DNA of 64,000 nt from Patescibacteria group bacterium (lineage in GTDB: Bacteria > Patescibacteriota > Patescibacteriia > CAIXNZ01). The DNA lies in assembly GCA_028714455.1 (NCBI GenBank), contig JAQTMG010000001.1, forward strand, positions 128,568 through 192,567, given 5' to 3'. The notes beneath the pieces were generated by a model that saw nothing but the letters and a program-made list of their open reading frames with translations, was not told the DNA's origin and ran no database searches. The stretch's first letter is position 1. The number at the start of each line of letters is the position of its first letter. Below, piece after piece: positions 27,885 through 39,900 of the stretch. Position numbers and translations under genes: made by a program.

Positions 27885-28496
27885 AAAAACCCAAAGAGTA
27901 CTTTGGGTTTATAGATTCTTTTTTAGGCGTTTATAAAGCTGGTCAATCTAGATATTGGCAGCTTAATCGATCCAAAAGCGAGTGTCTATGGATTCAGATA
28001 AATTATTTTCTCAAATAAAGCCGTAGCTTTTTTAGAAAACGAAAAATACGAAAAATATTTGGTAAGCAGCCATCAGTTCTGTTTTGCTCAAGATAGTATA
28101 AAAGGATGACTCTTATAAACGAGCAGGATCCGATCTTTTTACGATAATTTCCTTGGCGAGCACAGAAATTTTTTTGAAACCATAGTAATCGAAACTTGCG
28201 TTCCTAGGAGCTCTCATTATCCAATGGATAAAGTAGCTCTTGCTAGCCGCCAGCTTCGCAGTGGGCAACAGGGCGCAGAAAATATCTGTGCGCCCGAGCA
28301 AAGTTCAGCAATTTCCCCCTATTTTTTGGAAATTTAGTGCCGAACTTATCTGTCAAAACTATGCTATCCATTTTAATCCTCCAATCGGTACCGAGCGCCG
28401 CAGTTTCGCGCTCATTGTTAGTCGCTGGTTGTTTCATGGTTTACGGCCGGTATATGATGGCAGGTCGCCTAAAAAGGATGTAAAGAACAGTGTTGT
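27884..28496 (-). ncRNA. Candidate large structured ncRNA (~610 nt)
   Basis: Extended -10 TGnTATAAT, boxA-like leader, paired 5' and 3' ends, many internal hairpins with G-U pairs and a GNRA loop, terminator. Confidence 0.55.
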
Positions 28497-28685
28497 ATCT
28501 TAATTATATCATTTTTTTATAACGGTGGCTGTTTATAAGCTTGTTAAAACTTTTTGACAAATTATTGATTTAAATCAATTTGGAAACAAGGTTTTTCTCT
28601 TATCGTTATCGATCGTTGACACCCAATATCATTTGCTTGAGTTCGAAAATTTTATTATAATGTTTAATGAAGACAATTAAATCAC

Positions 28686-29162
28686 ATGCCTAAAGATAAA
28701 ACACCGATTTTTTTCACCAGTCTGGAAGATCTTAAGGATGATTTGGACCTCGAGAAGGAGGCCGGTCGTCGTATTTTGGAATTGCCTAATTCTGATTTAA
28801 ATCAGGGTGAGCAGTGGTTTTCCGAAGATTACGAAGGGCAACTATCCGTCGATGTTTTTCAGACAAGCGATAAGCTCGTGGTAAAATCTACAATCGCCGG
28901 GGTCAAGCCCGAGGACCTGGAGGTTTTTCTACATAATGATCTTCTGACAATCCGCGGCAAGAGAGAAAAAGAATTTGAAGAATCAGACGCGGAATATTTA
29001 TTTAAGGAGTGTTATTGGGGAGGGTTTTCCCGCTCGATAATTCTGCCATTTGAGGTTAAGGCCGATGAGATCATGGCCACTTATAAAAACGGCGTCTTAA
29101 CTGTTATTCTGCCAAAAGCGATAAAATCAAAATCAATCGCCGTACATGTTGAACAGGACTAA
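28686..29162 (+). CDS. Hsp20/alpha-crystallin small heat-shock protein
   Basis: GQLSVDV, LLTIRG, ECYWGGFSRSIILP, NGVLTVILPK. Confidence 0.94.
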   Translation: MPKDKTPIFFTSLEDLKDDLDLEKEAGRRILELPNSDLNQGEQWFSEDYEGQLSVDVFQTSDKLVVKSTIAGVKPEDLEVFLHNDLLTIRGKREKEFEESDAEYLFKECYWGGFSRSIILPFEVKADEIMATYKNGVLTVILPKAIKSKSIAVHVEQD

Positions 29163-29183
29163 TAAATATTTAGATTTATCCCG

Positions 29184-31052
29184 ATGAAAATAAAAGAAAT
29201 ATTAGGCATCAAAGAAAACAAAAAAAAGAAAAAGAATAATCGGTTAATAGCGATATTAACCATTTTTTTTATTTTCGTAGTTTTATTTTTGATTGGCGGA
29301 GCTTCCTCGTTGGCTTACCAATATATTTACAAAGACAAGATATACTACGGAGTCGAAATTGACGGAATCAGCTTTGGCGGCTTGGGCAAAGAAGCGGCCA
29401 GAGAAAAGATTAATCAGCTGGCAGACAATCTTAAGGCGCGGGGGCTGAATTTTTATTATAAGAATGAGAAATTCGTCGTCGATTTTAACGTTATTTCGCC
29501 CGTTGATCCTGACTTGGCTTATAACATATTATCCTTTGATGCCGAAGCGACGGCTAACAGAGCCTTCAAATTCGGCAGGAGCGGATCTGTCGCGTTAGAT
29601 GTGCTAGACCAAGTTTTCGCCTTATTCAGGAAGCAGGAGTTGAGGCCGTCTTTTATACTGAACGAAGAAGAGCTGTCCAAAATCTTGCGGGACAAATTCA
29701 AATCTTATGATAAGCCAGGCAAAAACGCCACTTTGAAATTTTTGCCGAGCGGAGAGATCACTATCGAACCCGAGAGTTACGGCGTCAGCATCGATTACGA
29801 TGCGGTTATCAGCGAACTAAAAAGTTCCGTTAATCTGAATTTCATCAATGATTTTAAATTGAAAACAAAGCTCGATTCTCCGACCGTCTCTAAGTCAGAG
29901 GCCGAACAGGTTTTGCCTGAAGTGAAAAGTTATTTGGCTTTTGAGAAAATCGATTTAACCTACCAGGGAAAAAAATGGGTAATTTACAATGACGAACTAA
30001 AAACATTATTGGCTTTTGTCAAGAAAAATAATAATACCACTTTGGCGTTTAATCGCGAGACGCTTTTGCAGAAACTCGACAGCATCGGCCAGAGCATTAA
30101 TGTCGAAGCGCAGGACGCCAGATTTGTCATGGCGGATAATAAGGTGGTGGAGTTCACGCCCGCGGTTTCCGGCATTCAGTTGGATACGGCTGCTTCCGCT
30201 GACAAGCTAGACGATGATTTTTTTAATAATAAAAAAACCGAGATTGAGCTTGTCGCCAAGGAATCAGAGCCCAAGGTGAAAACAGCGGACTCAAATAATT
30301 TGGGAATCAGAGAATTGATCGGGGCGGGCGTTTCGGATTTTTCGGGCAGTCACGTCAATAGGATTAAAAATATTAAGAACGCGGTTAATCACTTAAACGG
30401 CATCTTGATTCCGCCCGGTGAATTTAGCATTGTCGAGGCCATCGGCGAAGTTAACGCGGCGACTGGCTATTTCCCGGAGTTTGTCATCAAGGGAGATCGG
30501 ACCATTCCCGAATTCGGCGGAGGCTTATGCCAGATCGGCACGACCATGTTTCGAGTCGCGCTTTACAGCGGTTTGCCGATTACGGAGAGGCGGCCTCACT
30601 CTTACATTGTTTCTTATTACAGCCCGCTGGGCATGGACGCAACTATTTATGGACCGCATCCCGATTTAAGATTTATCAATGACACCGAAAATTATATTTT
30701 GCTCCGTATAAAAATCGAGGGCACCAAATTGACTTTTGAATTCTGGGGAACCGGCGACGGACGCAAAGTCGAAATAACTAATCCAGTTTTGTATAACTGG
30801 ACCGCCCAACCCCCTGATAAATTAGTTGAAAATCCCAAGCTCAAACCCGGTGATAAGAAATTGGCAGAAAGCGGCCGACGCGGCGCCGACGCCTATTTTT
30901 ATCGCTATATTACTTCACCTTCCGGCGAGAAAAAAGAAGAAGTCTGGCGAAGTCATTACCAGCCCTGGCCCAATATCTACGAAGTTGGTCCGGTAGTCGA
31001 AAGCGTAGCGTCTCCTGAAGTTAGCGTTGCCGCGCCAGAAATTAAAAATTAG
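29184..31052 (+). CDS. VanW family protein with peptidoglycan-binding (PG_binding_4) repeats
   Basis: N-terminal TM; GGGLCQIGTT, ERRPHSY, GMDAT, DLRFIN. Confidence 0.9.
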   Translation: MKIKEILGIKENKKKKKNNRLIAILTIFFIFVVLFLIGGASSLAYQYIYKDKIYYGVEIDGISFGGLGKEAAREKINQLADNLKARGLNFYYKNEKFVVDFNVISPVDPDLAYNILSFDAEATANRAFKFGRSGSVALDVLDQVFALFRKQELRPSFILNEEELSKILRDKFKSYDKPGKNATLKFLPSGEITIEPESYGVSIDYDAVISELKSSVNLNFINDFKLKTKLDSPTVSKSEAEQVLPEVKSYLAFEKIDLTYQGKKWVIYNDELKTLLAFVKKNNNTTLAFNRETLLQKLDSIGQSINVEAQDARFVMADNKVVEFTPAVSGIQLDTAASADKLDDDFFNNKKTEIELVAKESEPKVKTADSNNLGIRELIGAGVSDFSGSHVNRIKNIKNAVNHLNGILIPPGEFSIVEAIGEVNAATGYFPEFVIKGDRTIPEFGGGLCQIGTTMFRVALYSGLPITERRPHSYIVSYYSPLGMDATIYGPHPDLRFINDTENYILLRIKIEGTKLTFEFWGTGDGRKVEITNPVLYNWTAQPPDKLVENPKLKPGDKKLAESGRRGADAYFYRYITSPSGEKKEEVWRSHYQPWPNIYEVGPVVESVASPEVSVAAPEIKN

Positions 31053-31072
31053 TTTCAATAGATTATTAAACA

Positions 31073-31321
31073 AAAAAACATCCTGTACCGTACGGTGCAG
31101 GATGTTTTTTTGTTATTCCCAGAAATCAGCAGACAAGAAAACGTAAGTAAGGAGTAATCTAGCTGAAAGCCGGATTGAGTCCTCTCTTGCGTTCCCATGC
31201 TTATCGTGTCTGCTGGTTTTTAGGAACAAATCTTTTGATTTATCCCCAAAAAGTCGCTCAGCTGATTGACAATAGTTTTCAGGGGGAAGAAAAGCAATCG
31301 TCAATAAAGCAGTTGAGCGAT
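31073..31321 (-). ncRNA. Candidate ~240-nt ncRNA with two long hairpins
   Basis: TTGACA-17-TAAACT promoter (31327-31355); hairpins 31254-31320 and 31116-31226; terminator 31073-31112. Confidence 0.45.
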
Positions 31322-31360
31322 ATTTTAGTTTATCACAGAGAAAAAAACTTGTCAAGCGCG

Positions 31361-31966
31361 CTATTCAATTATCTTGTCAATCAGGCCGTATTCCTTGGCT
31401 TCCTTGGCGCTCAAGAAATAATCTCGGTCAGTGTCTTTTTCGATTTTTGCTTCCGATTGGTTCGTGTGTTTGGCCAGGATTTTATTGAGCAAATCCTTGA
31501 TTTTAAGAATGTGCTCGGCTCGGATTTTGACATCAGTCGCTTGGCCCTCGGCTCCGCCCATGACCTGATGAATCATCACTTCAGAATTGGGTAGGGCAAA
31601 TCTTTTACCCTTGGCGCCGGCTGCCAAAAGTACGGCGGCCATTGAGGCGGCGATGCCGACGCAAACCGTGGTCACATCCGGCCTGATATATTGCATAGTG
31701 TCATAAATTGCCAGACCGGCCGTGACAGAGCCACCCGGAGAATTAACGTATAGTTTAATATCTTTTTTTGGATCCTCGCTGTCGAGAAAAAGAAGCTGCG
31801 CGATAACCGTGTTGGCCACGGCGTCATCGATCGGCGAGCCGAGGAAGATGATCCTTTCTTTTAAGAGACGAGAATAAATATCGTAAGCTCTTTCGCCATA
31901 TGTAGATTTTTCTATGACCGTGGGGATTAGATATGAATCCCCTAATTCCTTATTTTTATTTTCCAT
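31361..31966 (-). CDS. clpP: ATP-dependent Clp protease proteolytic subunit
   Basis: [31 protein letters not shown]. Confidence 0.97.
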   Translation of the reverse strand: MENKNKELGDSYLIPTVIEKSTYGERAYDIYSRLLKERIIFLGSPIDDAVANTVIAQLLFLDSEDPKKDIKLYVNSPGGSVTAGLAIYDTMQYIRPDVTTVCVGIAASMAAVLLAAGAKGKRFALPNSEVMIHQVMGGAEGQATDVKIRAEHILKIKDLLNKILAKHTNQSEAKIEKDTDRDYFLSAKEAKEYGLIDKIIE

Positions 31967-31984
31967 AAGTTTATGATTATTTAG

Positions 31985-32989
31985 TTAATTATTAACTTTT
32001 AGTTTGTTTATTATAGCATCGACGGCTGTTTTTTTCCAATCACCATCCCCCAAACCGCTTTTTTTAATTTTGAAACCCGCGGCCTTTTTATGACCGCCCC
32101 CTCCGAGATTGCGAGCGATCTCTGACAGATCAATAATGTCTTTTGTCGTACGCAGGCTGCCTTTAATAAATTCGTCATCTTCCTCGGTCAGGACCACGAT
32201 AAAATCCGGTTCAGAGAGCAGGCTAAAAAAGTTTGCGATTCCGTCTATCTCTTCTCTGCGAATTTGATTGGCGATGATATCGCCTTTTTCGATTATGACA
32301 TAGGCAAAGTTGTGTTTAGGATGTATTTCAGCTCTATCCAGTATGGTTCCCCAGAATTTTAAAGCCGATAAATTTTTATTTTGGGTAAGTCCGCTTATAA
32401 TTTGATTTGCCCTGGCGCCGAGTTTTATCAATTCGGCCGAGATCTTCATGCTCTCTTCGGTTGTGGCCGCGTTAGTGAAGTTCATGGTGTCGCTAAGAAT
32501 GCCGGTCAGGAGACAGGTCGCCATGTATTTATCTATTTTTATTCCGTTTTCAGCCAATATTTGGAAAACAATTTCGCTCGTCGACGAGGCGAGCTGGTTG
32601 ACTAAATTGTAGTCGCCAAAAAGATTATTGCTCTGATGGTGGTCGATGTTAATTACAATTTTTTTATTTTCCTCGCGGGTATTTAAGATTTCGTTTAGGC
32701 CGGTTCTTTCTATAGACCCGCAATCAATAATTATAAAAAGATCGTGCTCTGAAAAATCAACCTCTTTTTGATTAAACAGCATGTCTTCAATTTTTGGCAA
32801 AAAGCCAAAATAAGAGGGCGGGGCATCAACGCAAAAATGGACGAATGGTTTGCCGAGATTAGTTAAATATTGAGCAAAAGCCAAGCTAGCTCCCAAGGTG
32901 TCTCCATCCGGTTTCTCGTGGGAAATCAGAATCGGGAAGCGCGAATCTTTGATTGTTTTTAGGATATTTTTTGAGCTATTTTCTTTCAT
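31985..32989 (-). CDS. nrnA: DHH-family nanoRNase/pAp phosphatase
   Basis: HEKPDGD, IDHH, GGGGH motifs; adjacent to rbfA. Confidence 0.9.
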   Translation of the reverse strand: MKENSSKNILKTIKDSRFPILISHEKPDGDTLGASLAFAQYLTNLGKPFVHFCVDAPPSYFGFLPKIEDMLFNQKEVDFSEHDLFIIIDCGSIERTGLNEILNTREENKKIVINIDHHQSNNLFGDYNLVNQLASSTSEIVFQILAENGIKIDKYMATCLLTGILSDTMNFTNAATTEESMKISAELIKLGARANQIISGLTQNKNLSALKFWGTILDRAEIHPKHNFAYVIIEKGDIIANQIRREEIDGIANFFSLLSEPDFIVVLTEEDDEFIKGSLRTTKDIIDLSEIARNLGGGGHKKAAGFKIKKSGLGDGDWKKTAVDAIINKLKVNN

Positions 32990-33021
32990 GAGTGGGCTTC
33001 AATCATTAACGAGTCAGATTA

Positions 33022-33360
33022 TCATTTGTTTCTGACTTCGTCAAGAAGCTCCTCGATTTTATTGGCATAAATTTCCTGTTCGTCGATAAGAAAGGACAGC
33101 TTGGGAGTGAATTTAGTTTTTAGATTTTTTGCCAGCCCACTTCTGAACATACCTGCCGACGAATTCATAATTTTGAGTGCCGTGCCGCGCATGTTGTCGG
33201 GGAGCACGGTGACGTAAGCTTTCGCGTATTTTCCATCGGGGCTGACGTCCACCTTAGTTACGGTCACCAAAAGATTCTCGGGAAATTCAACTTCCTTCGC
33301 AATGAGACTACCCAGAGCGTGCTTGATTGCTTCATTCAATTTTTCTGTTCGATTTGCCAT
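33022..33360 (-). CDS. rbfA: Ribosome-binding factor A
   Basis: VTVTKVDVSPD...AKAYV, PKLSFLID. Confidence 0.93.
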   Translation of the reverse strand: MANRTEKLNEAIKHALGSLIAKEVEFPENLLVTVTKVDVSPDGKYAKAYVTVLPDNMRGTALKIMNSSAGMFRSGLAKNLKTKFTPKLSFLIDEQEIYANKIEELLDEVRNK

Positions 33361-33576
33361 ATTTTATTTTAATTTAGCCAATTTTTGGCCATCAGACGTT
33401 GGCTTTTTGATTAACACGAAATTTCTTGACACTTTAAATGTTTAATGCTATGCTATGTTTAGCAGATAATTTCCCGCTATAATTAAGCAAAAAGTAGTGG
33501 GTTTTCAATACAAAATCCTAACTAAATAATAATTTATCAAAACTCGCCAGAAAAGACGAGAGGTGAGTTATTTTTT

Positions 33577-36500
33577 ATGTCTAACAAAATTTCCTCTTCA
33601 AATTTTACTCCCAGCCAAAAACACAAAGAAAGAAAAATGTTTGGCAATTTCCAAACCGTCATGCAAGTGCCTGACTTGGTAGAGGTTCAAAAGGATTCAT
33701 ATGCCTGGTTTATCAAAGAAGGACTGCGCGAGCTCTTTGACGAAATATCACCAATGAAGGATTTTGGCGGCAGAAATTTAGAACTCTCTTTTAAAGATTA
33801 TTATCTTGATGAGGCAAAATTTGACGAGAGGACATCGAGAGAAAAAAATATTACTTTCGAAGCTCCTCTGCGCATAAAAGCCGCTCTAGTCAACAAAAAA
33901 GATAATAAGAAGAAAGAACAAGAAATATATTTGGGAGATTTTCCCCTCATGACAGATCGGGGCACTTTTATCATTAACGGCATTGAGAGAGCGGTTGTTT
34001 CTCAAATAATCAGATCGGCCGGCGTTTTTTTTACTTCTAATTATCTTAGAGGTAAAAGATTCTACGGCGCCAAAATTATTCCGAATCGAGGCGCCTGGCT
34101 CGAGATCGAGACCGATTCCAACAACGTCATGTGGGTCAAGATCGATCGCAAAAGAAAAGTCGCCATCACTTCTTTGCTGCGCGCCTTTGGCTTTGCTACC
34201 GATGAAGAGATTTTAAATCTTTTTAAGGATGTTGACAAGCATCCCTCAATTAAATACATTGCCAGCACTCTCTTAAAAGACGCTGCCAAAAATCAAGACG
34301 AAGGTCTCATCGAAATTTATAAAAGAATCAGGCCGGGTGATTTGGCCACCGCTGATAACGCCAAGTCGCTCATTGAATCAATGTTTTTCCGCTATGAGCG
34401 TTATGATTTGAGCAAGGTCGGTCGTTATAAAATAAATCAGCGCTTTAAATACAATATTCCCAACAATAAAGAGACCAGAATTTTGCGCCGAGAAGATTTG
34501 ATCGACGTAATCAAGGAAATAATTCGACTCAATATTACCCAGGATGAACCAGATGACGTGGATCATCTTGGCAACAGAAGAATTCGGGCGGTCGGTGAAT
34601 TGATTCAAAATAGATTTAGAATCGGGTTGGCTCGCATGGAGAGAATCGTGCGAGACAAAATGAGTACCATGGATCTAGATTCCATGACCCCCAGTCGCTT
34701 GGTGAACGCCAAGCCAGTTATGGGCGTGGTCAAAGAGTTTTTTATGTCCAGCCAGCTCTCGCAGTTTATGGATCAGACAAATCCATTGGCCGAGCTTGAA
34801 CATAAAAGAAGAATTTCGGCCATGGGTCCGGGCGGACTTTCTCGCGAGAGAGCCGGGTTTGAAGTTCGTGACGTGCACACAACTCACTATGGCAGAATCT
34901 GTCCGATCTCAACGCCAGAAGGCCCGAACATCGGCTTGGTCGGACATCTGGCTAGCTATGCCAAAGTCAATGAATATGGCTTCATTGAAACGCCTTATCG
35001 TGTCGTCGAAAGAATCGCCCTTGATGACATTAAAGATACTGACAATAAAAAAATATTAGTTAAAAAAGGACAAAAAATTGATAAAGATGCTGTAGATCTT
35101 TTGAGAAGCAAAAAAATAAATTTCAGCGCCAAGGCCAGAGCTACTGAAGAGATTGTCTATCTCAATGCTATTCAGGAAGAGCGTTCAATCACTACGGCTG
35201 CTACCACGCCTCTTGACGAAAAAGGTTACTTTATCGAAGAAAGGGCCGAGGTCAGAAAATTTGGCAAGCCCGACATCGCCAACGTCGATCAGGTTGACTA
35301 TATGGACGTGGCCTCCAATCAGATAATCAGCATTGCGACTTCGTGTATTCCGTTTTTGGAGCATGATGATGCCGTCAGAGCTTTAATGGGCAGCAATATG
35401 CAACGCCAGGCCGTTCCTTTGATTAGACCGGGTGCGGCGCTGGTCGGCACCGGCATTGAAAAGATAGCCGCATTTTATTCTGGCCACGCCGCCATTTGTC
35501 AGGCCAGCGGTAAAATTTCAAAAGTTGACGGCTCGGGCATCGAGGTCATGGAAGATAACGGTAAAATTAAATTTTACGATTTAAATAAATTTCAGCGCTC
35601 CAACGCTTCCACTTGTATCAACCAGCATCCGACTGTGGCTCTGGGAGAAAAAGTCAAGAAAGGGCAGGTAATGTCTGACGGTCCGTCTATTAACGAAGGT
35701 GAATTGGCGCTTGGTCAAAACGCGCTAGTTGCTTTCATGGCCTGGGGCGGTTATAACTACGAAGACGCTATTATTATTTCCGAGAGAGTCGTACAGAAAG
35801 ATTTTTTTACCTCTATTCATATAGAAAATTACCCAATTGAAGTCCGCGAGACGAAATTGGGCCCGGAAGTCATTACCGCCGACATCCCAAATATCGGCGA
35901 GGAAAAATTAAAGAATCTCGATGAAAATGGAATCATTAGAATCGGAGCCGAAGTGACTTCGGGCGATATTTTAGTTGGAAAAATTACGCCCAAGGGCGAG
36001 ACCGAACTCTCGGCCGAGGAAAAATTGCTTCGCGCCATCTTCGGCGAAAAGGCGCGCGACGTGAGAGACAGCTCTTTATATCTGGAACACGGCGATCACG
36101 GCAAAGTCATCGACATTAAAATATTTTCCCAGGAAAAAGGCGACAAGCTGCCGCCGGGCGTGACGCAGATGGTTCAAGTATCAGTGGCGGATTTGCGCAA
36201 AGTCCAGGTCGGAGACAAAATGGCCGGCCGACACGGCAACAAGGGTATTATTTCCAAGATAATGCCTATTGAAGACATGCCTTTTTTGGCAGACGGAACT
36301 CCAATCGATGTAATCTTGAGCCCGCTCGGCGTTGTGTCTCGTATGAATCTGGGTCAAATTCTTGAGACTCATCTGGGTTTAGCCGCTAAACGACTTGGTT
36401 TTAAGGTCGCGACTCCGGTTTTTTACGGCGTTTCCGAAGAAAAAATAAAAGAACTTTTAAAAGAAGCCGGCTACCCAGAGGACGGCAAACTTATACTTTA

Positions 36501-36954
36501 CGACGGCAGAAGCGGTGAGCCATTTGGTCAAAAAAGCACAGTCGGCTGGAAATATCTAATGAAACTTAATCACATGGTCGAGGACAAGATCCATCAGCGC
36601 TCAATTGGCCCTTATTCTTTGATCACGCAGCAGCCGCTCGGAGGCAAGGCGCAATTTGGCGGACAGAGATTCGGCGAAATGGAAGTTTGGGCGCTGGAGG
36701 CATATGGCGCGGCTCACACCTTGCAAGAAATTTTGACCATAAAATCTGACGACGTGCCGGGCAGAGCCAAAGCTTATGAATCCATAATCAAAGGCGAGCC
36801 GATTCGCAGAGTCAACATTCCCGAATCTTTTAACGTATTGATTAGAGAATTAAAGGGTTTATGTCTGGACGTGGAATTACTAAAGCAAGGCGAGCCAATT
36901 GATGACAACCAGAAAAAGTATTCTAAAGAAAAGAAAAAAGAGGAGAAGGACTAA
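33577..36954 (+). CDS. rpoB: RNA polymerase beta subunit
   Basis: [34 protein letters not shown]. Confidence 0.99.
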   Translation: MSNKISSSNFTPSQKHKERKMFGNFQTVMQVPDLVEVQKDSYAWFIKEGLRELFDEISPMKDFGGRNLELSFKDYYLDEAKFDERTSREKNITFEAPLRIKAALVNKKDNKKKEQEIYLGDFPLMTDRGTFIINGIERAVVSQIIRSAGVFFTSNYLRGKRFYGAKIIPNRGAWLEIETDSNNVMWVKIDRKRKVAITSLLRAFGFATDEEILNLFKDVDKHPSIKYIASTLLKDAAKNQDEGLIEIYKRIRPGDLATADNAKSLIESMFFRYERYDLSKVGRYKINQRFKYNIPNNKETRILRREDLIDVIKEIIRLNITQDEPDDVDHLGNRRIRAVGELIQNRFRIGLARMERIVRDKMSTMDLDSMTPSRLVNAKPVMGVVKEFFMSSQLSQFMDQTNPLAELEHKRRISAMGPGGLSRERAGFEVRDVHTTHYGRICPISTPEGPNIGLVGHLASYAKVNEYGFIETPYRVVERIALDDIKDTDNKKILVKKGQKIDKDAVDLLRSKKINFSAKARATEEIVYLNAIQEERSITTAATTPLDEKGYFIEERAEVRKFGKPDIANVDQVDYMDVASNQIISIATSCIPFLEHDDAVRALMGSNMQRQAVPLIRPGAALVGTGIEKIAAFYSGHAAICQASGKISKVDGSGIEVMEDNGKIKFYDLNKFQRSNASTCINQHPTVALGEKVKKGQVMSDGPSINEGELALGQNALVAFMAWGGYNYEDAIIISERVVQKDFFTSIHIENYPIEVRETKLGPEVITADIPNIGEEKLKNLDENGIIRIGAEVTSGDILVGKITPKGETELSAEEKLLRAIFGEKARDVRDSSLYLEHGDHGKVIDIKIFSQEKGDKLPPGVTQMVQVSVADLRKVQVGDKMAGRHGNKGIISKIMPIEDMPFLADGTPIDVILSPLGVVSRMNLGQILETHLGLAAKRLGFKVATPVFYGVSEEKIKELLKEAGYPEDGKLILYDGRSGEPFGQKSTVGWKYLMKLNHMVEDKIHQRSIGPYSLITQQPLGGKAQFGGQRFGEMEVWALEAYGAAHTLQEILTIKSDDVPGRAKAYESIIKGEPIRRVNIPESFNVLIRELKGLCLDVELLKQGEPIDDNQKKYSKEKKKEEKD

Positions 36955-36983
36955 ATAATATTTAAAATATTAAGCATAAAACG

Positions 36984-39900
36984 ATGATATTTAATCAAAC
37001 AAAACCCCTCGACTTTGACGCCATCAAAATAAGACTGGCGTCTCCGGAGGCGATAAAAGCCTGGTCGCATGGCGAGGTGACAAAACCAGAAACCATAAAC
37101 TACAGAACTCAAAAGCCAGAGAAGGACGGTTTGTTTTGCGAAAAATGTTTTGGACCCTCAAAGGATTGGGAGTGCTATTGCGGCAAGTACAAAAAAATTA
37201 GGTACAAGGGCATTGTTTGCGACAAGTGCGGAGTGGAAGTGACTCACTCCATGGTGCGCCGAGAAAGAATGGGCCACATTTCATTGGCCGCGCCGGTTTC
37301 TCACATCTGGTTTTTAAGAGGCGTGCCTTCGCGCCTGGGTTTGATTTTGGATGTTTCAGTCCAGAGCCTTGAGAAGGTGATTTATTTCGCCAGTTTTATT
37401 ATTACTAAAGTTGATGAGAATTTGAAAACTCAAGCCATTGAATCATTACGCGCGGAATACAAGAGCAAGAAAAAACAGATTGATAGCAATTTTAAAAATA
37501 GGATTAATCAAATAAAAAACGCCAAGGATCTCAAAGAGAAAAGCAGAGACGCCAAGATAGTTGAAATAAACAAGGAACGCGATCAGGAGCACGCGGAATT
37601 GGACAAGGAATTCAGCAGGACGGAGAGTGAGCTAAAAGAGCTGAAGCTGAAAAAGATCGTGGCCGAGGATGAGTATCAAGATATGTCTTTGAAATTCGGG
37701 CACATCTTTGAAGCCGGTATCGGCGCCGAAGCGATTTATCAGCTTCTGACGGAGATAGACATGAAAAAATTGGCCGCAAATCTTGAGACGGAGAAAGACA
37801 GCGCCATTGGCGCGAAGAGGGAAAGGGTCATAAAAAGATTGCGTCTCATAAAGAATCTCGCCAAGAACGATATTAGGCCGGAGTGGATGATTTTGCTGGT
37901 GATTCCCGTAATTCCGCCAGATCTTCGTCCGATGGTTCCGCTTGACGGCGGTCGCTTTGCCACTTCAGATCTCAATGATCTTTATCGCAGAGTGATAAAC
38001 AGAAATAACAGATTAAAAAAACTTAAGGAGCTAAACGCTCCAGAAGTAATTATTAGAAACGAGAAAAGGATGCTTCAGGAGGCAGTCGACGCGCTCATTG
38101 ATAACAGCGCCAGACACACCAAAACAACTAAAGCCTCAACCGGCCAGAAAAGACAGCTAAAATCTTTGGCCGACATCCTAAAGGGTAAACAAGGCAGATT
38201 TAGACAAAATCTTTTGGGTAAGAGAACTGATTATTCTGGACGCAGCGTCATTGTAGTCGGTCCTAACTTAAAACTTTATCAGTGCGGACTGCCCAAGCGC
38301 ATGGCTCTCGAGCTGTTTAAACCTTTTGTCATCAGCCAGTTAATAAAAAGGGAATTTGTTCATAACATCAGAAGCGCCAATAGGTTTATTGAAAGTGGCC
38401 GTTCAGAAGTCTGGGATATTCTGGAAGAGATCGTAAAAGATGCGCACGTGCTTTTGAACCGCGCTCCAACACTTCATCGTTTGGGCATTCAGGCTTTTCA
38501 TCCGATTTTGATAGAAGGCAAGGCGATCCAGCTTCATCCTCTGGTCTGTTCCGCTTTTAACGCAGATTTCGATGGTGACCAGATGGCCGTCCACGTACCG
38601 CTGACCGAGCAAGCCAGAACAGAAGCGAAAGAGCTTATGTTATCGTCAAAAAATCTTCTCAAGCCGGCGACAGGTAATCCAATCACGGCGCCCAGAATGG
38701 ACATTGTCTGGGGCTGGAATTATGTCACGACTCTAAAAGAATTCAAGCCAGAGCTAAGAGTCTTTTCTTCGCCAGACGAAGCAATTCTAGCTTTTAAATC
38801 AAGCGTGGTAGCCATAAATGAAAAAATAAAAGTCAGAATGTCAGTCGGTCATAAGAAAAAATCAGAATACCTTGAAACAAACGTCGGCCGGATATTTTTT
38901 AATCGCATCTTCCCTCAAGGTCTGCCTTATTACAATGAGCAGATAACCACGAAAAATTTGGGCGAGATTATCAAAAATTGTCTGGAAAATTTCGGTAAAG
39001 AAAGAACGGCCCAGATTCTCGACGACATAAAAGACGCGGGTTTTTATTACCTGACTTTAAGCGGTTATTCCTGGGGCATGGACGATCTGCCCGCTCTGCC
39101 AGAAAAAAAAGTCATTATCGACGAAGGAAATAAAATGATTGATGAGATAGACAAACAGTATCAGCAAGGTTTATTAACCAAGAGCGAGAGACACTCAAAG
39201 ATAATTGAAGTCTGGACCGCTATAAAAGAAAGGATTGTTCAGTTAGGTAAGGATAAACTTGATAAAAATGGTTCCGTCTATACCATGGTTATCTCGGGTG
39301 CCAGAGGTTCCTGGGCACAGGTGACTCAAATGGTTGGTATGAAAGGCCTGGTTTCTAACCCGGCCGGTGAAATTATTGAATTGCCCGTTAAGGGAAGTTT
39401 CAAAGAAGGCTTTGATGTGCTGGAATTTTTTATCTCGACTCACGGTTCCAGAAAAGGTCTGACCGACACGGCCTTGAGAACGGCCAACGCCGGTTATCTG
39501 ACTCGCCGTCTGATTGACGTGGCTCAAGACGTGGTGGTTAGAGAAGAAGACTGCGGCGACAGAGAAGGCATGATTTACACCAAGAAAGAAAGTGAGGAAA
39601 TCGGCGTCGATTTAATCGACCGCATCTGGGGCAGAGTCTGTACGGAAAAAATAGTTGATCCCAAGACCAAAGAAGTGATTATAGAAAAAGGTGGCATTAT
39701 AACGGAGGCCATCGCCAGAAAATTAAAGCCCCTGAATCTTGAACAAATTAAAGTGCGCTCGGTTTTGACTTGCAGAAAGAAAAAAGGAGTTTGTCAAAAA
39801 TGTTACGGTCATGATCTGGGCTATAACGAGATGGTAAAACTCGGCACAGCAGTGGGTATTATCGCGGCTCAAAGTATTGGTGAGCCAGGCACTCAATTAA

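Noticed and set aside
27884-28496. RNase P RNA, tmRNA or group I/II intron
   Set aside because: No GAGGAAAGUCC motif, no tRNA-like GGGG...CCA ends, no recognisable P7 or domain V motifs, and it does not interrupt a gene.
31175-31594. 139-aa + strand ORF
   Set aside because: It overlaps clpP antisense and the hairpin region, with no start signals.
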